DNA of 63,628 nucleotides, filler included, from 6 parts of 6 records of this genome joined end to end with filler, not necessarily neighbours in it; one strand, 5' to 3'; counted from the first letter of the whole stretch, positions 27,404-36,764 are shown. Numbers and translations are program-made. The notes: a model not told the origin generated them from the letters alone.

Positions 27404-27865
27404 ATGGCACTGAACGCGTCGCGAAACGACCTGGTATCGGGGGCGATCTTCATCGCATTCGGCGCCTATTTTGCGCTGGAAGCCCTGCGCTATGATTTCG
27501 GCACGCCGTTTCGCATGGGCCCCGGCTTCATGCCGGTGGTGCTGGGCGGTATCCTGATCGCGCTGGGCATAGCGGTGGCCGCCAAGGGGATGGGAAAACC
27601 CGATGAAGAGGCGGCCCCGCCTTGGCCATTGCGCGGCATCGTGCTTGTGCTTGGCACAATCCTGTTTTTCGCGGCGACCATTCGCGGGCTCGGCTTTATC
27701 CCCGTGGTGCTGATTGCTGCCTTTGCCACGGCCCTGTCTTCAAGCCGGAACACCTGGCTTTCATCGCTGATCATCTCGGCCGGCTTGTGCGTTCTCTGCC
27801 TTCTGATCTTCGTGGTGGGGCTGGGCATGATCGTGCCGCTGATCGGCCCCTGGCTGCGGTTCTAG
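27404..27865 (+). CDS. tctB: TctB family small membrane subunit
   Basis: GTPFRMGPGFMP, about 4 TM helices, lies between tctC and tctA. Confidence 0.85.
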   Translation: MALNASRNDLVSGAIFIAFGAYFALEALRYDFGTPFRMGPGFMPVVLGGILIALGIAVAAKGMGKPDEEAAPPWPLRGIVLVLGTILFFAATIRGLGFIPVVLIAAFATALSSSRNTWLSSLIISAGLCVLCLLIFVVGLGMIVPLIGPWLRF

Positions 27866-27875
27866 GAGCGACATA

Positions 27876-29381
27876 ATGGACCTTTTTGCTTCGCTCGGGC
27901 TCGGCTTTTCGGTCGCCCTCGACCCCACCAACATTCTCTACTGTTTCATCGGCGTGCTGCTGGGCACATTGGTGGGTGTGCTGCCGGGCATCGGGCCGAC
28001 GGCGACCATTGCCATGCTGTTGCCGATCACCTTTTCGCTGAACCCGGAAACCGCACTGATCATGCTGGCGGGCATTTATTACGGTGCCCAATATGGCGGG
28101 TCGACCACTGCCATTCTGATCAATTTGCCGGGTGAAAGCTCGGCGGCGGTGACCGCGATCGACGGCTACCAGATGGCCCGCCAGGGCCGTGCCGGTCCGG
28201 CGCTGGCGGCGGCGGCACTCGGCTCCTTCTTTGCGGGGTCGGTAGCGACTTTCCTCCTCGCTGCCTTTGCGCCGCCGCTTGCGCGGGCTGCGCTCAATTT
28301 CGGGGCGCCGGAATATTTCTCGCTGATCGTCCTGGGCCTGCTGGTTTCCATTGCGCTGGCGCATGGCTCGATCATCAAGGCGCTGGGCATGATCGTGCTG
28401 GGGCTGCTGCTGGGCATGGTGGGGCAGGATATCTATACCGGCACGCCGCGCTTCACCTTTGGCTTGCGTGAATTGTTCGGCGGGCTCAATTTTGTCGCCG
28501 TGGCGGTGGGCGTGTTCGGGGTGGCGGAAATCCTGCGCAATCTCGAAAACGAACATGAGCGCGAAGTCGGCGTCAAAGCGGTCAAGAACCTCTGGCTGAC
28601 GCGCGACGATCTCAAGCGCATCGTCATGCCGGTGCTGCGCGGGACCGGTATCGGCTCGCTGCTGGGCGTGCTGCCTGGTGGCGGGCACATCCTTTCGGCC
28701 TTCGCCTCATACTCGGCGGAGAAGCGCCTGTCGAAGCACCCCGAAGAGTTCGGCAAAGGCGCTATCGAAGGCGTGGCGGGGCCGGAATCGGCGAACAATG
28801 CCGCAGCCCAGACCTCGTTCATTCCGCTGATGACGCTGGGCATCCCGGCACACCCGGTCATGGCACTGATGATCGGGGCGTTTATCCTGCAAGGCATTAC
28901 GCCGGGACCCAACGTCATCAATGAACAGCCGGCGCTGTTCTGGGGCATCATCGCCTCGATGTGGATCGGCAATTTGCTGCTGGTCGTGCTCAACCTGCCC
29001 TTGGTGGGGTTGTGGGTAAAGATGCTCTCGATCCCCTATCGGGTGCTGTTCCCAGCCATCGTGCTGTTCGCTTGTATCGGCACCTTTTCGATCAACCAGA
29101 ATATCTACGACATCTATGCCATCGCCTTCTTCGGCATCGTGGGCTATCTGCTGATCCGCTTCGGCTGCGAGCCGGCGCCACTCTTGCTCGGCTTCGTGCT
29201 GGGGCCGCTGCTGGAAGAGCATTTGCGGCGCGCCATGATCATCTCGCGCGGCGATCCGTCGATCTTTGTCACCCGGCCGATCTCGGCAACCTTGCTGGTG
29301 CTGGCTCTGGCAGCCGTGCTGGTGGCGGTGCTGCCTGCAATCCGCAAGAAACGGGCCGAGGTGTTTGTCGAAGAGGACTGA
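27876..29381 (+). CDS. tctA: TctA family permease
   Basis: GVLPGIG, GAQYGGSTTAILINLPG, GVAGPESANNA, TLGIP. Confidence 0.92.
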   Translation: MDLFASLGLGFSVALDPTNILYCFIGVLLGTLVGVLPGIGPTATIAMLLPITFSLNPETALIMLAGIYYGAQYGGSTTAILINLPGESSAAVTAIDGYQMARQGRAGPALAAAALGSFFAGSVATFLLAAFAPPLARAALNFGAPEYFSLIVLGLLVSIALAHGSIIKALGMIVLGLLLGMVGQDIYTGTPRFTFGLRELFGGLNFVAVAVGVFGVAEILRNLENEHEREVGVKAVKNLWLTRDDLKRIVMPVLRGTGIGSLLGVLPGGGHILSAFASYSAEKRLSKHPEEFGKGAIEGVAGPESANNAAAQTSFIPLMTLGIPAHPVMALMIGAFILQGITPGPNVINEQPALFWGIIASMWIGNLLLVVLNLPLVGLWVKMLSIPYRVLFPAIVLFACIGTFSINQNIYDIYAIAFFGIVGYLLIRFGCEPAPLLLGFVLGPLLEEHLRRAMIISRGDPSIFVTRPISATLLVLALAAVLVAVLPAIRKKRAEVFVEED

Positions 29382-29388
29382 AATTCCG

Positions 29389-29419
29389 GCCCTCCCCTTT
29401 CGCAGGGGAGGGCTTTTTC
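29389..29419 (+). terminator. Rho-independent terminator
   Basis: GCCCTCCCCT-TTCGC-AGGGGAGGGC-TTTTT. Confidence 0.8.
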
Positions 29420-29423
29420 TGCT

Positions 29424-29766
29424 TCAGCGTGGGCCGACGCGTGAGGCATCAATGGAATTGGGGCGGCCGGGTAGTGACAGCGCACTTTCGCGGCGCGGCG
29501 CAGTTGCAATCACCTTCCCCGATTTGATTACAGCCAGGCGTGTGGCCTTGAGCCGGATGGCTTCGATGGGATCTGCGGCCTGGAGCAGGACCATGTCGGC
29601 CTTGCTGCCCACTGCGATGCCGTAGCCTTCCAGGTGCATGATTGCCGCCGGGCCCTTGGTCACCAGATCAAAGCAGGTGCGCATGGCATCGCGGCTGGTC
29701 ATCTGCGCCACATGCAGGCCCATCGAGGCCACTTCGAGCATGTCGGCCTGGCCCAGCGAATACCAG
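29424..29766 (-). CDS. Cytosine deaminase-like amidohydrolase, C-terminal fragment
   Basis: WYSLGQADMLEVASMGLHVAQM...ADMVLLQAADPIEAIRL. Confidence 0.75.
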
Positions 29767-29866
29767 NNNNNNNNNNNNNNNNNNNNNNNNNNNNNNNNNN
29801 NNNNNNNNNNTTAATTAATTAANNNNNNNNNNNNNNNNNNNNNNNNNNNNNNNNNNNNNNNNNNNN
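29767..29866. other. Artificial contig linker
   Basis: N44-TTAATTAATTAA-N44. Confidence 0.98.
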
Positions 29867-29962
29867 GATCCAGACAAGCGAAGCGACGTCGTAGCCTCCG
29901 GTATCCAGCGACCCGGCGTCTGCCGGATCAAAGGCCTCTTCCCCCCAAGGACTTGGGCGAGA

Positions 29963-29991
29963 TGGATGCCGGATCGGTGTCCGGCATGACG
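29963..29991 (-). repeat. CGTC-tagged REP-like palindrome near the contig end
   Basis: Minus strand CGTCATGCCGGACACCGATCCGGCATCCA, typical alphaproteobacterial intergenic stem-loop repeat. Confidence 0.55.
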
Positions 29992-30040
29992 AAGACTGGG
30001 GGCGTCCTGCGATCACGGAAAGAGCAGCAGGTTTCCCCCC

Positions 30041-31441
30041 TCAAACCGCCACATTGCGCTCCAGCGTCAGATGGCTGAACCGGCCCGCGCCAACCTTGGC
30101 CAGGTCCTTGGTCACCACCTCGTTCCAGCGGCAGCCCACAATCGCGCCGCCCGGCGTGGTGTCGAACATGTTGCCCGAGATCAGGGCTGAGCCTGCGCCT
30201 TCGACCACCGAGACGGCAACGCCTGCGCCGCAATGGCGGATTGTGTTGCCGGTGAAATTGACCGACCGCAGGAACGGCCCCCAGCCCATCAGCACGCCCC
30301 ATTTCGGCGCGCCTTCGATGACGTTGCCCGAGACCGCCGCATCCGCCTCGATTGCTATGCCGACGCCGAAGCCGGCCACTCTGGCCGGGTAGGGGCCCTG
30401 GCTCGAAAGGTTGCGGATGATGTTGCCGGTGACCGAGGCCAGCCGTCCGCCCTCGTTGAAATTGGCCACCGAGATTCCCACCGTGCCGCCATCGATCAGG
30501 TTTGAGGCGATCACCGCGCCCTCAAAAGAGAACTCGGCATAGATCGCGGTTTCACCCGAGCGGATCGCCTGGTTGGCGACAATCTGGATGTTGCTCGCCT
30601 GGTTGGCGCGGATGGCCGAAAAGGCGCAATCGGACACATGGTTGTTGGTCACCAGCACATTGCCGGCGCGGAAGATGTTGATGCCGTTGCCGTTCTGCCC
30701 GGTGCCGCCGGCGCGCGCTGCAATCCGCATCACCCGGTTGCCGTCGATCAGCGTCGCGTCCTCGCCGATTGACCAGCGATGCACCAGAATGCCGCCATTG
30801 GCACAGTCGCGCACCACGTTGCGGGTGATCGCCAGCGAACGGCTTTCAATGGCGTAAATCCCGGCCAGCCGCGCGCCGGAAATCTCGCAATGGTTGATCC
30901 GCCCGCCGCAGGCCTCAAGTGTCATGCCGTGGCCGTCCGCCCCGGTGATGGTCATGTCCTCAATGACGGCTTCGCTGACACCGCGAAGGTGCAGCAGCGC
31001 CGAGGCGTGGTCTCCCAGCCGCTGGTTGGCGCCATCAAGCACCAGGCTGGACAGCTCGATCCGCCGCGCCCCTTCGGCCAGCATGAAGTGCCCGCGTCCG
31101 CCATAGATCAACCGCGTCGCACCGGGCACGCCGGTGATCCGGGCGCCGTCCGGCAGGTCGATGTTGGAAACCACGAAACGGCCGGGCGGCAGCCGCAGGA
31201 TCCGGCCCGCCGCGGCCGCGTCATCGATGGCGCGCTGAAACAGCCGGCTCTGATCATCCACCGCATCAGGCAGCAGGCCAGCGAGGGAGGCATCATGGCC
31301 GCCACGCAGGTCAATCTGACTGAACAGATCGCCTGCCATGGCCCCGGGAACTGTGACCGGGGCGAGAAGACTTGCCGCGCCCGCACCTGCAATACTGGCG
31401 AGAAGCGCGCGGCGGCTCAAAACGTGACGGTTCGTGCTCAT
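30041..31441 (-). CDS. TAT-exported repetitive beta-helix protein (TIGR03808-like)
   Basis: SRRALL twin-arginine signal; repeated N-x-I beta-helix units; GGTGQNGNGINIFRA, ETAIYAEF, NFNEGGRL, GWGPFLR. Confidence 0.8.
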   Translation of the reverse strand: MSTNRHVLSRRALLASIAGAGAASLLAPVTVPGAMAGDLFSQIDLRGGHDASLAGLLPDAVDDQSRLFQRAIDDAAAAGRILRLPPGRFVVSNIDLPDGARITGVPGATRLIYGGRGHFMLAEGARRIELSSLVLDGANQRLGDHASALLHLRGVSEAVIEDMTITGADGHGMTLEACGGRINHCEISGARLAGIYAIESRSLAITRNVVRDCANGGILVHRWSIGEDATLIDGNRVMRIAARAGGTGQNGNGINIFRAGNVLVTNNHVSDCAFSAIRANQASNIQIVANQAIRSGETAIYAEFSFEGAVIASNLIDGGTVGISVANFNEGGRLASVTGNIIRNLSSQGPYPARVAGFGVGIAIEADAAVSGNVIEGAPKWGVLMGWGPFLRSVNFTGNTIRHCGAGVAVSVVEGAGSALISGNMFDTTPGGAIVGCRWNEVVTKDLAKVGAGRFSHLTLERNVAV

Positions 31442-31452
31442 GCGTCTGGTGG

Positions 31453-31468
31453 AGCAGGAACCATGCCA
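31453..31468 (-). promoter_or_regulatory. Putative sigma54 promoter directly upstream of the TAT beta-helix gene
   Basis: Minus strand TGGCATGGTTCCTGCT, GG/GC at -24/-12 spacing. Confidence 0.5.
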
Positions 31469-31694
31469 GTTGCTGCTGTGCCGTTATGGGACAGGGCAGG
31501 CGCTCGTATGGCTTGCCGGGACCTGTTTGCCATAGCAGTTCCCGCCGTTTTGCTGTCGGACACCCCGGTTGATGGGAAAGATTCCGTATTTCGGTTGAGC
31601 CAGATCAAAAACTGCCTGCAGCCCCCGGTCTAGGGTGCGTCTCAGGGGACACCGGGCCATCCCGGCTGCGGGTCGAAAAAACAAGGAGGCAATC

Positions 31695-31889
31695 ATGCTC
31701 AGGCTTGTCGCAATGGTCTACATCGTTGTCGGTAGCATGTTGGCGGGCAGTTTTGTCATCGCCGCACTGGTGTTGGGCCGGATGGATGCCATGTCGATCG
31801 CGGTTGCCGCGGCCATGGGCGCACTGGTGGCATTGGCGGTGGCCTGGGTGATCGCCTCCCAATTGAACAAAGCCATCCGACCGGCCTGA
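31695..31889 (+). CDS. Small two-TM membrane protein, function unknown
   Basis: AGGAGG SD; 64 aa with two hydrophobic helices. Confidence 0.7.
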   Translation: MLRLVAMVYIVVGSMLAGSFVIAALVLGRMDAMSIAVAAAMGALVALAVAWVIASQLNKAIRPA

Positions 31890-31893
31890 CGTA

Positions 31894-32024
31894 GCGCGGC
31901 CCACTCTTCGGATTTAGTCCGCCGCCGGAGAGTGAAGGCAGCGCGCAAGCGTCGAAGCCGAGGATGGGAGGAGCGCGGGGCAGGCCCGGGAGGTGGGCCG
32001 CCCCGTTGCTATTCCGTCTTCGGC
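31894..32024 (+). ncRNA. Candidate structured RNA or repeat element (two long hairpins)
   Basis: 31902-31911 pairs with 31925-31934; 31957-31969 pairs with 32012-32024 and encloses a GC stem; G-U pairs favour the plus strand. Confidence 0.3.
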
Positions 32025-32054
32025 ATATGCCACCATGTCCACACACCATCGTCC

Positions 32055-32088
32055 AAATAAAAAATCCGGCGATTTTCACCGCCGGATT
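32055..32088 (-). terminator. Rho-independent terminator
   Basis: AATCCGGCG-8 nt-CGCCGGATT followed on the minus strand by TTTTATTT. Confidence 0.7.
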
Positions 32089-32145
32089 GAACTCTGATAC
32101 AATGGGGCACCATGAGATGCCGCGTAGTAGGAGGTGCCGTTGTCC

Positions 32146-32502
32146 TTAGACGAACTGCGACAGGCCCGGGATCGCAGCGACGATTTCGTCGATGGAATCG
32201 CCTGCGCCGTTTTCGCGGGCATAGCCCATGGTTTCCTTGGCAACGCTTGAAATTTCACCCATGCCGAGACCCATGCCCATAAGCTTCTGGCCAAGGCCCA
32301 TGACGCCGCCCATCGACAGCATGCCGCCGCTTGGAGCCAGAGCGATCAGATCTGCGGAGCCCGGTACGGCTGCCATCATTTCCTGAACCTTGTCGGCAGG
32401 GCCTTCCGACTGCAGGAACGCCAGAATGGCGCCGACAGCCTTGGCTGCAACATCAGGATCTATGCCGACATTGGTCGCGATGCGTGAGACGAGGTCGTTC
32501 AT
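32146..32502 (-). CDS. DUF2267/DUF2780-like small conserved protein
   Basis: MNDLVSRIATNVGID...AIPGLSQFV, Gly/Met-rich, GGAG SD. Confidence 0.7.
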   Translation of the reverse strand: MNDLVSRIATNVGIDPDVAAKAVGAILAFLQSEGPADKVQEMMAAVPGSADLIALAPSGGMLSMGGVMGLGQKLMGMGLGMGEISSVAKETMGYARENGAGDSIDEIVAAIPGLSQFV

Positions 32503-32522
32503 GGGTTATTCTCCGAAATGTG

Positions 32523-32536
32523 TGACGTTAACGTAA
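32523..32536. promoter_or_regulatory. LiuR-like operator
   Basis: TGACGT-TA-ACGTAA matches the ACGT-N2-ACGT LiuR palindrome, about 20 nt upstream of the ATG. Confidence 0.5.
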
Positions 32537-32640
32537 GCGTAAAGATCAGATGTCGCCTTTGCAAGCATCACAGCGCGAATTTTCGACTGTTATTCGTTGA
32601 TCAATCCGGCTGCATGCGGCTCGACAGCCAGACCTGACAA

Positions 32641-32708
32641 TTAAAGCGTGTTCCTGAAAGTGGGAACCGGTTTTCGGAATGAAACATGCGCCAGAAAAAT
32701 CTGAAGCA
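32641..32708. repeat. Rhizobiales intergenic palindromic repeat (Bru-RS/RIME-like)
   Basis: TTAAAGCGTGTTCC..AAGTGGGAACCGGTTTTCGG..AACATGCG..AAAA pattern. Confidence 0.55.
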
Positions 32709-32791
32709 CATTGCATGAATAGGATTCATTCCAACCTGCTTCAGGCGTCACGAACCGGTGTAGCAACCTGGAATGACAGCATTGCGATGGC

Positions 32792-33670
32792 TCAGAACAT
32801 GGTGCCCTTGAGGAATGCCAGCGTGCGCGACCAGGCAAGATCAGCGGCCTCCTTGCTGTAGCGCGCTGCCGAGGTGTCATTGTTGAAGGCGTGGTTGACG
32901 CGGGGGTAGACGTGCAGGCCGAACACCTTGTCGTTGTTCAGAAGTGCAGACCGGTACTCCTGCAGGCCGGAGTTGATGCGCTCGTCGAGGCCGGCATAGT
33001 GCAACAGCATCGCCGCCTTGATCGCCGGCACATCCTTGATGTCGGGCTGGCGTCCGTAATAGACAATCCCTGCGCGCAGATCCGGGTCGGCCACGGCCAA
33101 CTGGTTGACCAGCCCGCCGCCCCAGCAAAAACCGATTGCGGCCACCTTGTCGGTCACCCTCGGATGCCCGGCGAGCCAGGCCCGCGCGGCCACCGCATTG
33201 GCAACCGTGTCGGAACTTTTCAATTCGTTGAACATCTCGCGGGCTGTGTCTTCATCGCCGGGCGTGCCGCCCAACGGCGAGAGGAAATCGACAGCCAATG
33301 CGGCATAGCCTTCCAGTGCCAGACGCCGAGCGATGTCGCGAATGTGATCGTTAAGGCCGCGGTTTTCGTGAATGACCAATATGCCCGGCACAGCCTCGGT
33401 GGCAAACGCCGGCATCGCCATATAGCCGCCCATCACGCCCGTTGCGCCTCTGAATCTTACATCCGATGTCGCGACCCGCTTGTCATCGGCCGCCACAATT
33501 GCGGCCTCCGCACTGTTGGCTGCCAGAAGTGGAGCGATCGCCGCAGCTGCAGCGCCTGATCCGGCGAGTCTGGAGAGCTTGTCCATGAACGCGCGCCGGT
33601 CCAGCGTCAGATGCGTGTAGTCGTCATAAGCCTGGATCATGGCCTGTGTAACAGTAGGTTTGTCTGCCAT
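32792..33670 (-). CDS. Dienelactone hydrolase family protein (YghX-like)
   Basis: YDDYTH..LDRRAF, VIHENRGL, GFCWGG nucleophile, VNHAFNND. Confidence 0.88.
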   Translation of the reverse strand: MADKPTVTQAMIQAYDDYTHLTLDRRAFMDKLSRLAGSGAAAAAIAPLLAANSAEAAIVAADDKRVATSDVRFRGATGVMGGYMAMPAFATEAVPGILVIHENRGLNDHIRDIARRLALEGYAALAVDFLSPLGGTPGDEDTAREMFNELKSSDTVANAVAARAWLAGHPRVTDKVAAIGFCWGGGLVNQLAVADPDLRAGIVYYGRQPDIKDVPAIKAAMLLHYAGLDERINSGLQEYRSALLNNDKVFGLHVYPRVNHAFNNDTSAARYSKEAADLAWSRTLAFLKGTMF

Positions 33671-33962
33671 GGTCGTTCTCCCGATTCAGTTTCTCATATA
33701 GTACGCGACATTCGTAATTTAGTATGTTTGAAAGGCCAAAAAAGGGCGCGGCTGAACGAATTCCACCGGCAATCCCCGCCACGGCTCGCGCGGCCAGCCT
33801 GACTTGTCTCGTCAAACACGAGTACCGCAAAAACCGGACACGAAGAACCCTGCAGACGCGGGAGTGATTTCTTGCACAATGACGGCTCCTGCCGTGGTCG
33901 AGCTTGGCTTGGCAAACCGTTTGTTATGCGCCATGCATGAGAGCAAACTTGGAGAGCAAGCC

Positions 33963-34376
33963 ATGACCACACTTATGCCCGCAACCGATCTCGAATCCGA
34001 CGCCCGCGTCAAGGCCGTGTTCGATGATATCCGCGCCACGCGCAAGACTGACTTCATCAACAATATGTGGCGCTGGCTGGCCTTCGATCCGGCCCTGCTC
34101 GAGCGCACCTGGACCGAAGTCAAGGAAGTGGTTGGCACGCCGTCTTCCATCGATCCCCTGACCAAGGAAATGATCTATATTGCGGTATCGGTCGCCAACA
34201 ATTGCACCTATTGCGTCCATTCCCACACCGCTGCGGCCCGTGCCAAGGGCATGACTGACGAGCAGTATGGAGAGCTTCTGGCGATCATCGGGCTGGCGGG
34301 GAAGACCAACCAGCTTGCCACAGCACTTCAGGTGCCGGTCGACGACGTCTTCGAAGCCGGCAAGACCGGTCAATAG
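33963..34376 (+). CDS. Carboxymuconolactone decarboxylase/AhpD-like protein
   Basis: KEMIYIAVSVANNCTYCVHSH; GGAG SD before MTTLM. Confidence 0.85.
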   Translation: MTTLMPATDLESDARVKAVFDDIRATRKTDFINNMWRWLAFDPALLERTWTEVKEVVGTPSSIDPLTKEMIYIAVSVANNCTYCVHSHTAAARAKGMTDEQYGELLAIIGLAGKTNQLATALQVPVDDVFEAGKTGQ

Positions 34377-34380
34377 ACAG

Positions 34381-35355
34381 ATGATACGGCTTTATGACAG
34401 CCACGGCGCCTGTGTTGAAACGCCGGCCTCACTAGAGGCGGCGCTGCCGCAAACCGTGTGCTGGATCGATCTGATCCACCCGTCGCCAGAAGAAGAGCTG
34501 CAGGTCGAGAGGCTAATCGGCGTCGAGGTGCCAAGCCGCGACGAATTGCGCGACATCGAACCTTCAAGCCGGCTCTATATCGAGAACGGTGCAGCCTATC
34601 TGACCGCCAGCGTGGTCTCGAAATCAGAGACCGATTTCGCCGAGATCGCCGATGTCGGCTTTGTGCTGGCCGGAGGACGGCTGGTCACCATCCGCTATGC
34701 CGAACCCAAGGCATTCGCCATATTTGCGGCCAACACGGCACGGGAGTTTGCAGGCCTTGATGGCCGTGATGTGCTCACACGCCTGATCGAGGCGATGATC
34801 GACCGTTGTGCCGAGGTGCTGGAAAGCCGCTCGCGGCGCATTGACGCCCTGTCGACCGAGGTGTTTTCACGCGGCTCTGTCAGCAACCCCGAAGCCGTCA
34901 CCCGTGATCTCGAAGCCACGCTCGGTGTCATCGCCAGCCACCAGCGCACCATTGCCAAGGTCCGCGAAAGCCTGATGTCGCTGGGGCGGGTGTCTGGCTA
35001 TCTGCAGACCATGCCGGAAATGTCAGGCGAGAAGGTGCTCAAGCAGCGCTGCCGCGCCATGGCCGTTGATATCCAGTCACTCTCCGAGCACGCCGACTTC
35101 ATCTCGGAAAACATCATCTTCCTGCTTGATGCCGCGCTGGGGCTGATTTCGGTTCAGCAGAACCAGGTGATGAAGGTGCTGTCGGTGGCGGCCATGGTCT
35201 TCCTGCCGCCGACCTTCATCGGCACCGTTTACGGCATGAACTTCCAGGACATGCCCGAACTTGGCCAACCCTGGGCCTATCCCGTTGCTCTGGCGGTGAT
35301 GGCGGCATCGGCGCTGGGACCGTATCTCTGGTTCAAGCGAAAGGGGTGGTTCTGA
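34381..35355 (+). CDS. corA: Magnesium/cobalt transporter CorA family
   Basis: WIDLIHP, EPSSRLY, PPTFIGTVYGMNF, WFKRKGW. Confidence 0.9.
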   Translation: MIRLYDSHGACVETPASLEAALPQTVCWIDLIHPSPEEELQVERLIGVEVPSRDELRDIEPSSRLYIENGAAYLTASVVSKSETDFAEIADVGFVLAGGRLVTIRYAEPKAFAIFAANTAREFAGLDGRDVLTRLIEAMIDRCAEVLESRSRRIDALSTEVFSRGSVSNPEAVTRDLEATLGVIASHQRTIAKVRESLMSLGRVSGYLQTMPEMSGEKVLKQRCRAMAVDIQSLSEHADFISENIIFLLDAALGLISVQQNQVMKVLSVAAMVFLPPTFIGTVYGMNFQDMPELGQPWAYPVALAVMAASALGPYLWFKRKGWF

Positions 35356-35498
35356 AGCATTGCAGGGCATCGCTTCCGCGAAGGACTAAAAGTTATCACG
35401 GGGCAGGAGAAACATACCAAATAATTAATCCGCACTCCCTAATGGTTAAAGGGTGACAACGTTGCTTTGAGCTGAGACTTGTTTCAGTCCAGGGCCCC

Positions 35499-36764
35499 AT
35501 GACGAATGCAGGTATCAAAATGGCAGCCAACAATCCGACACCTCCACGTCAATCCAGTGAGCTGGAGGCAGATTTCGGATTTGAAGAGCTTTTATTCTCC
35601 CGCACCGACAGCCTTGGTAAAATCACATCCGGCAACACGGTTTTCCAGCGGGTCAGCAAGTATGACTGGAGCGAGCTTCTGGAAGAGCTGCACAACGTCA
35701 TCCGCCATCCCGATATGCCCAAAGGTGTGTTCTGGCTGCTGTGGGACAGGATCCGCAAGGGCTTGCCGACCGGCGCCTATGTGAAGAACAAGTCCAAGGA
35801 TGGCCGTTACTATTGGGTCTATGCGATCATCACTCCGATTGCCGATGGCTATCTTTCGGTCCATCTCAAACCCGGCAGCGCCTTGTTTGCCCAGGTTCAG
35901 AAAGAGTACCGGGACCTGCTTCAGGCCGAACAGGATCAGGATCTCACGCCCGCCAAAAGCGCTGAAGCATTGCTGAACCGCCTCAAGCAACTGGGGTTCA
36001 GGGATTATCAGAGCTTCATGACCAAGAGCCTTCTCGAGGAAGAGCTCAACCGTGCCAAGGTGCTGTCCAAAAAAACTGCCACCACCATCAGTCGGTTTCA
36101 GGAACTGCTGCTCGCGTCGGAAAAATTGCTGGAGACAGCAACAGCTGTCGCCGGCACCTACCACGACTTTCGCTTTGTCCCTCTCAATCTCATCATTCAG
36201 GCTGGCCAGCTTGGAAAAAACGGCGCCGCAATTGGCACGATATCGAACAATTACAGCCTGTTGGCCGAAGAAATAAAGCTGGGGCTGGGTGGCTTTTTTG
36301 ACGCCGCCAGGCAGGTCTCCGATACGATCAGCGAAGGCGCATTCCTGCTTTCGACATCCGGTATGCAGGAAGATATTGCCAATGCTATCGCGACCGAGGA
36401 CAAGGCCTCTGACGTGGATCACGTCAACGATCTGAACCATCTCAATCAGCAGCGCGCGCATTATTCTGCCAAGGCTCTGGAGAACCTGTCGAACATTCAG
36501 CGAGACCTCGAGGTCTTTGCCAAGGGAACCGGTGAGATCAAGCGGTTGACCTCCGGTCTGGCAGCGGTTCGCATCATGGGCAAGGTCGAGGCCGGGCGCC
36601 TGAGCAGCAGTGTTCTCAACGACCTGATCACCGATCTGGATTCATTCCAGCACATCCTGAGTAAAGGACTGACCGAGATTCAGGTTCTCAACTCCGATCT
36701 GTCAAAACGCTCCGGCCAGCTTCTGAGCGCTCATGCGGCCGAGACAAGGGCCCTGGCTGCCTGA
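35499..36764 (+). CDS. Soluble Aer-type PAS protein with helical, degenerate MCP-like C-terminus
   Basis: FSRTD..GKI, HNVIRHPDMP, YVKNKSKDGRYYWV (Aer PAS); no TM segment; start may be 35520. Confidence 0.75.
   Translation: MTNAGIKMAANNPTPPRQSSELEADFGFEELLFSRTDSLGKITSGNTVFQRVSKYDWSELLEELHNVIRHPDMPKGVFWLLWDRIRKGLPTGAYVKNKSKDGRYYWVYAIITPIADGYLSVHLKPGSALFAQVQKEYRDLLQAEQDQDLTPAKSAEALLNRLKQLGFRDYQSFMTKSLLEEELNRAKVLSKKTATTISRFQELLLASEKLLETATAVAGTYHDFRFVPLNLIIQAGQLGKNGAAIGTISNNYSLLAEEIKLGLGGFFDAARQVSDTISEGAFLLSTSGMQEDIANAIATEDKASDVDHVNDLNHLNQQRAHYSAKALENLSNIQRDLEVFAKGTGEIKRLTSGLAAVRIMGKVEAGRLSSSVLNDLITDLDSFQHILSKGLTEIQVLNSDLSKRSGQLLSAHAAETRALAA

Noticed and set aside
31469-31690. Possible cobalamin or other riboswitch upstream of the TAT protein
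   Set aside because: No convincing B12-box or other aptamer consensus found on either strand
31957-32024. SRP RNA or tRNA interpretation of the long hairpin
   Set aside because: Lacks the CAGG-CCGGAAGG-AGCAGC SRP core and any TTCG T-loop or cloverleaf
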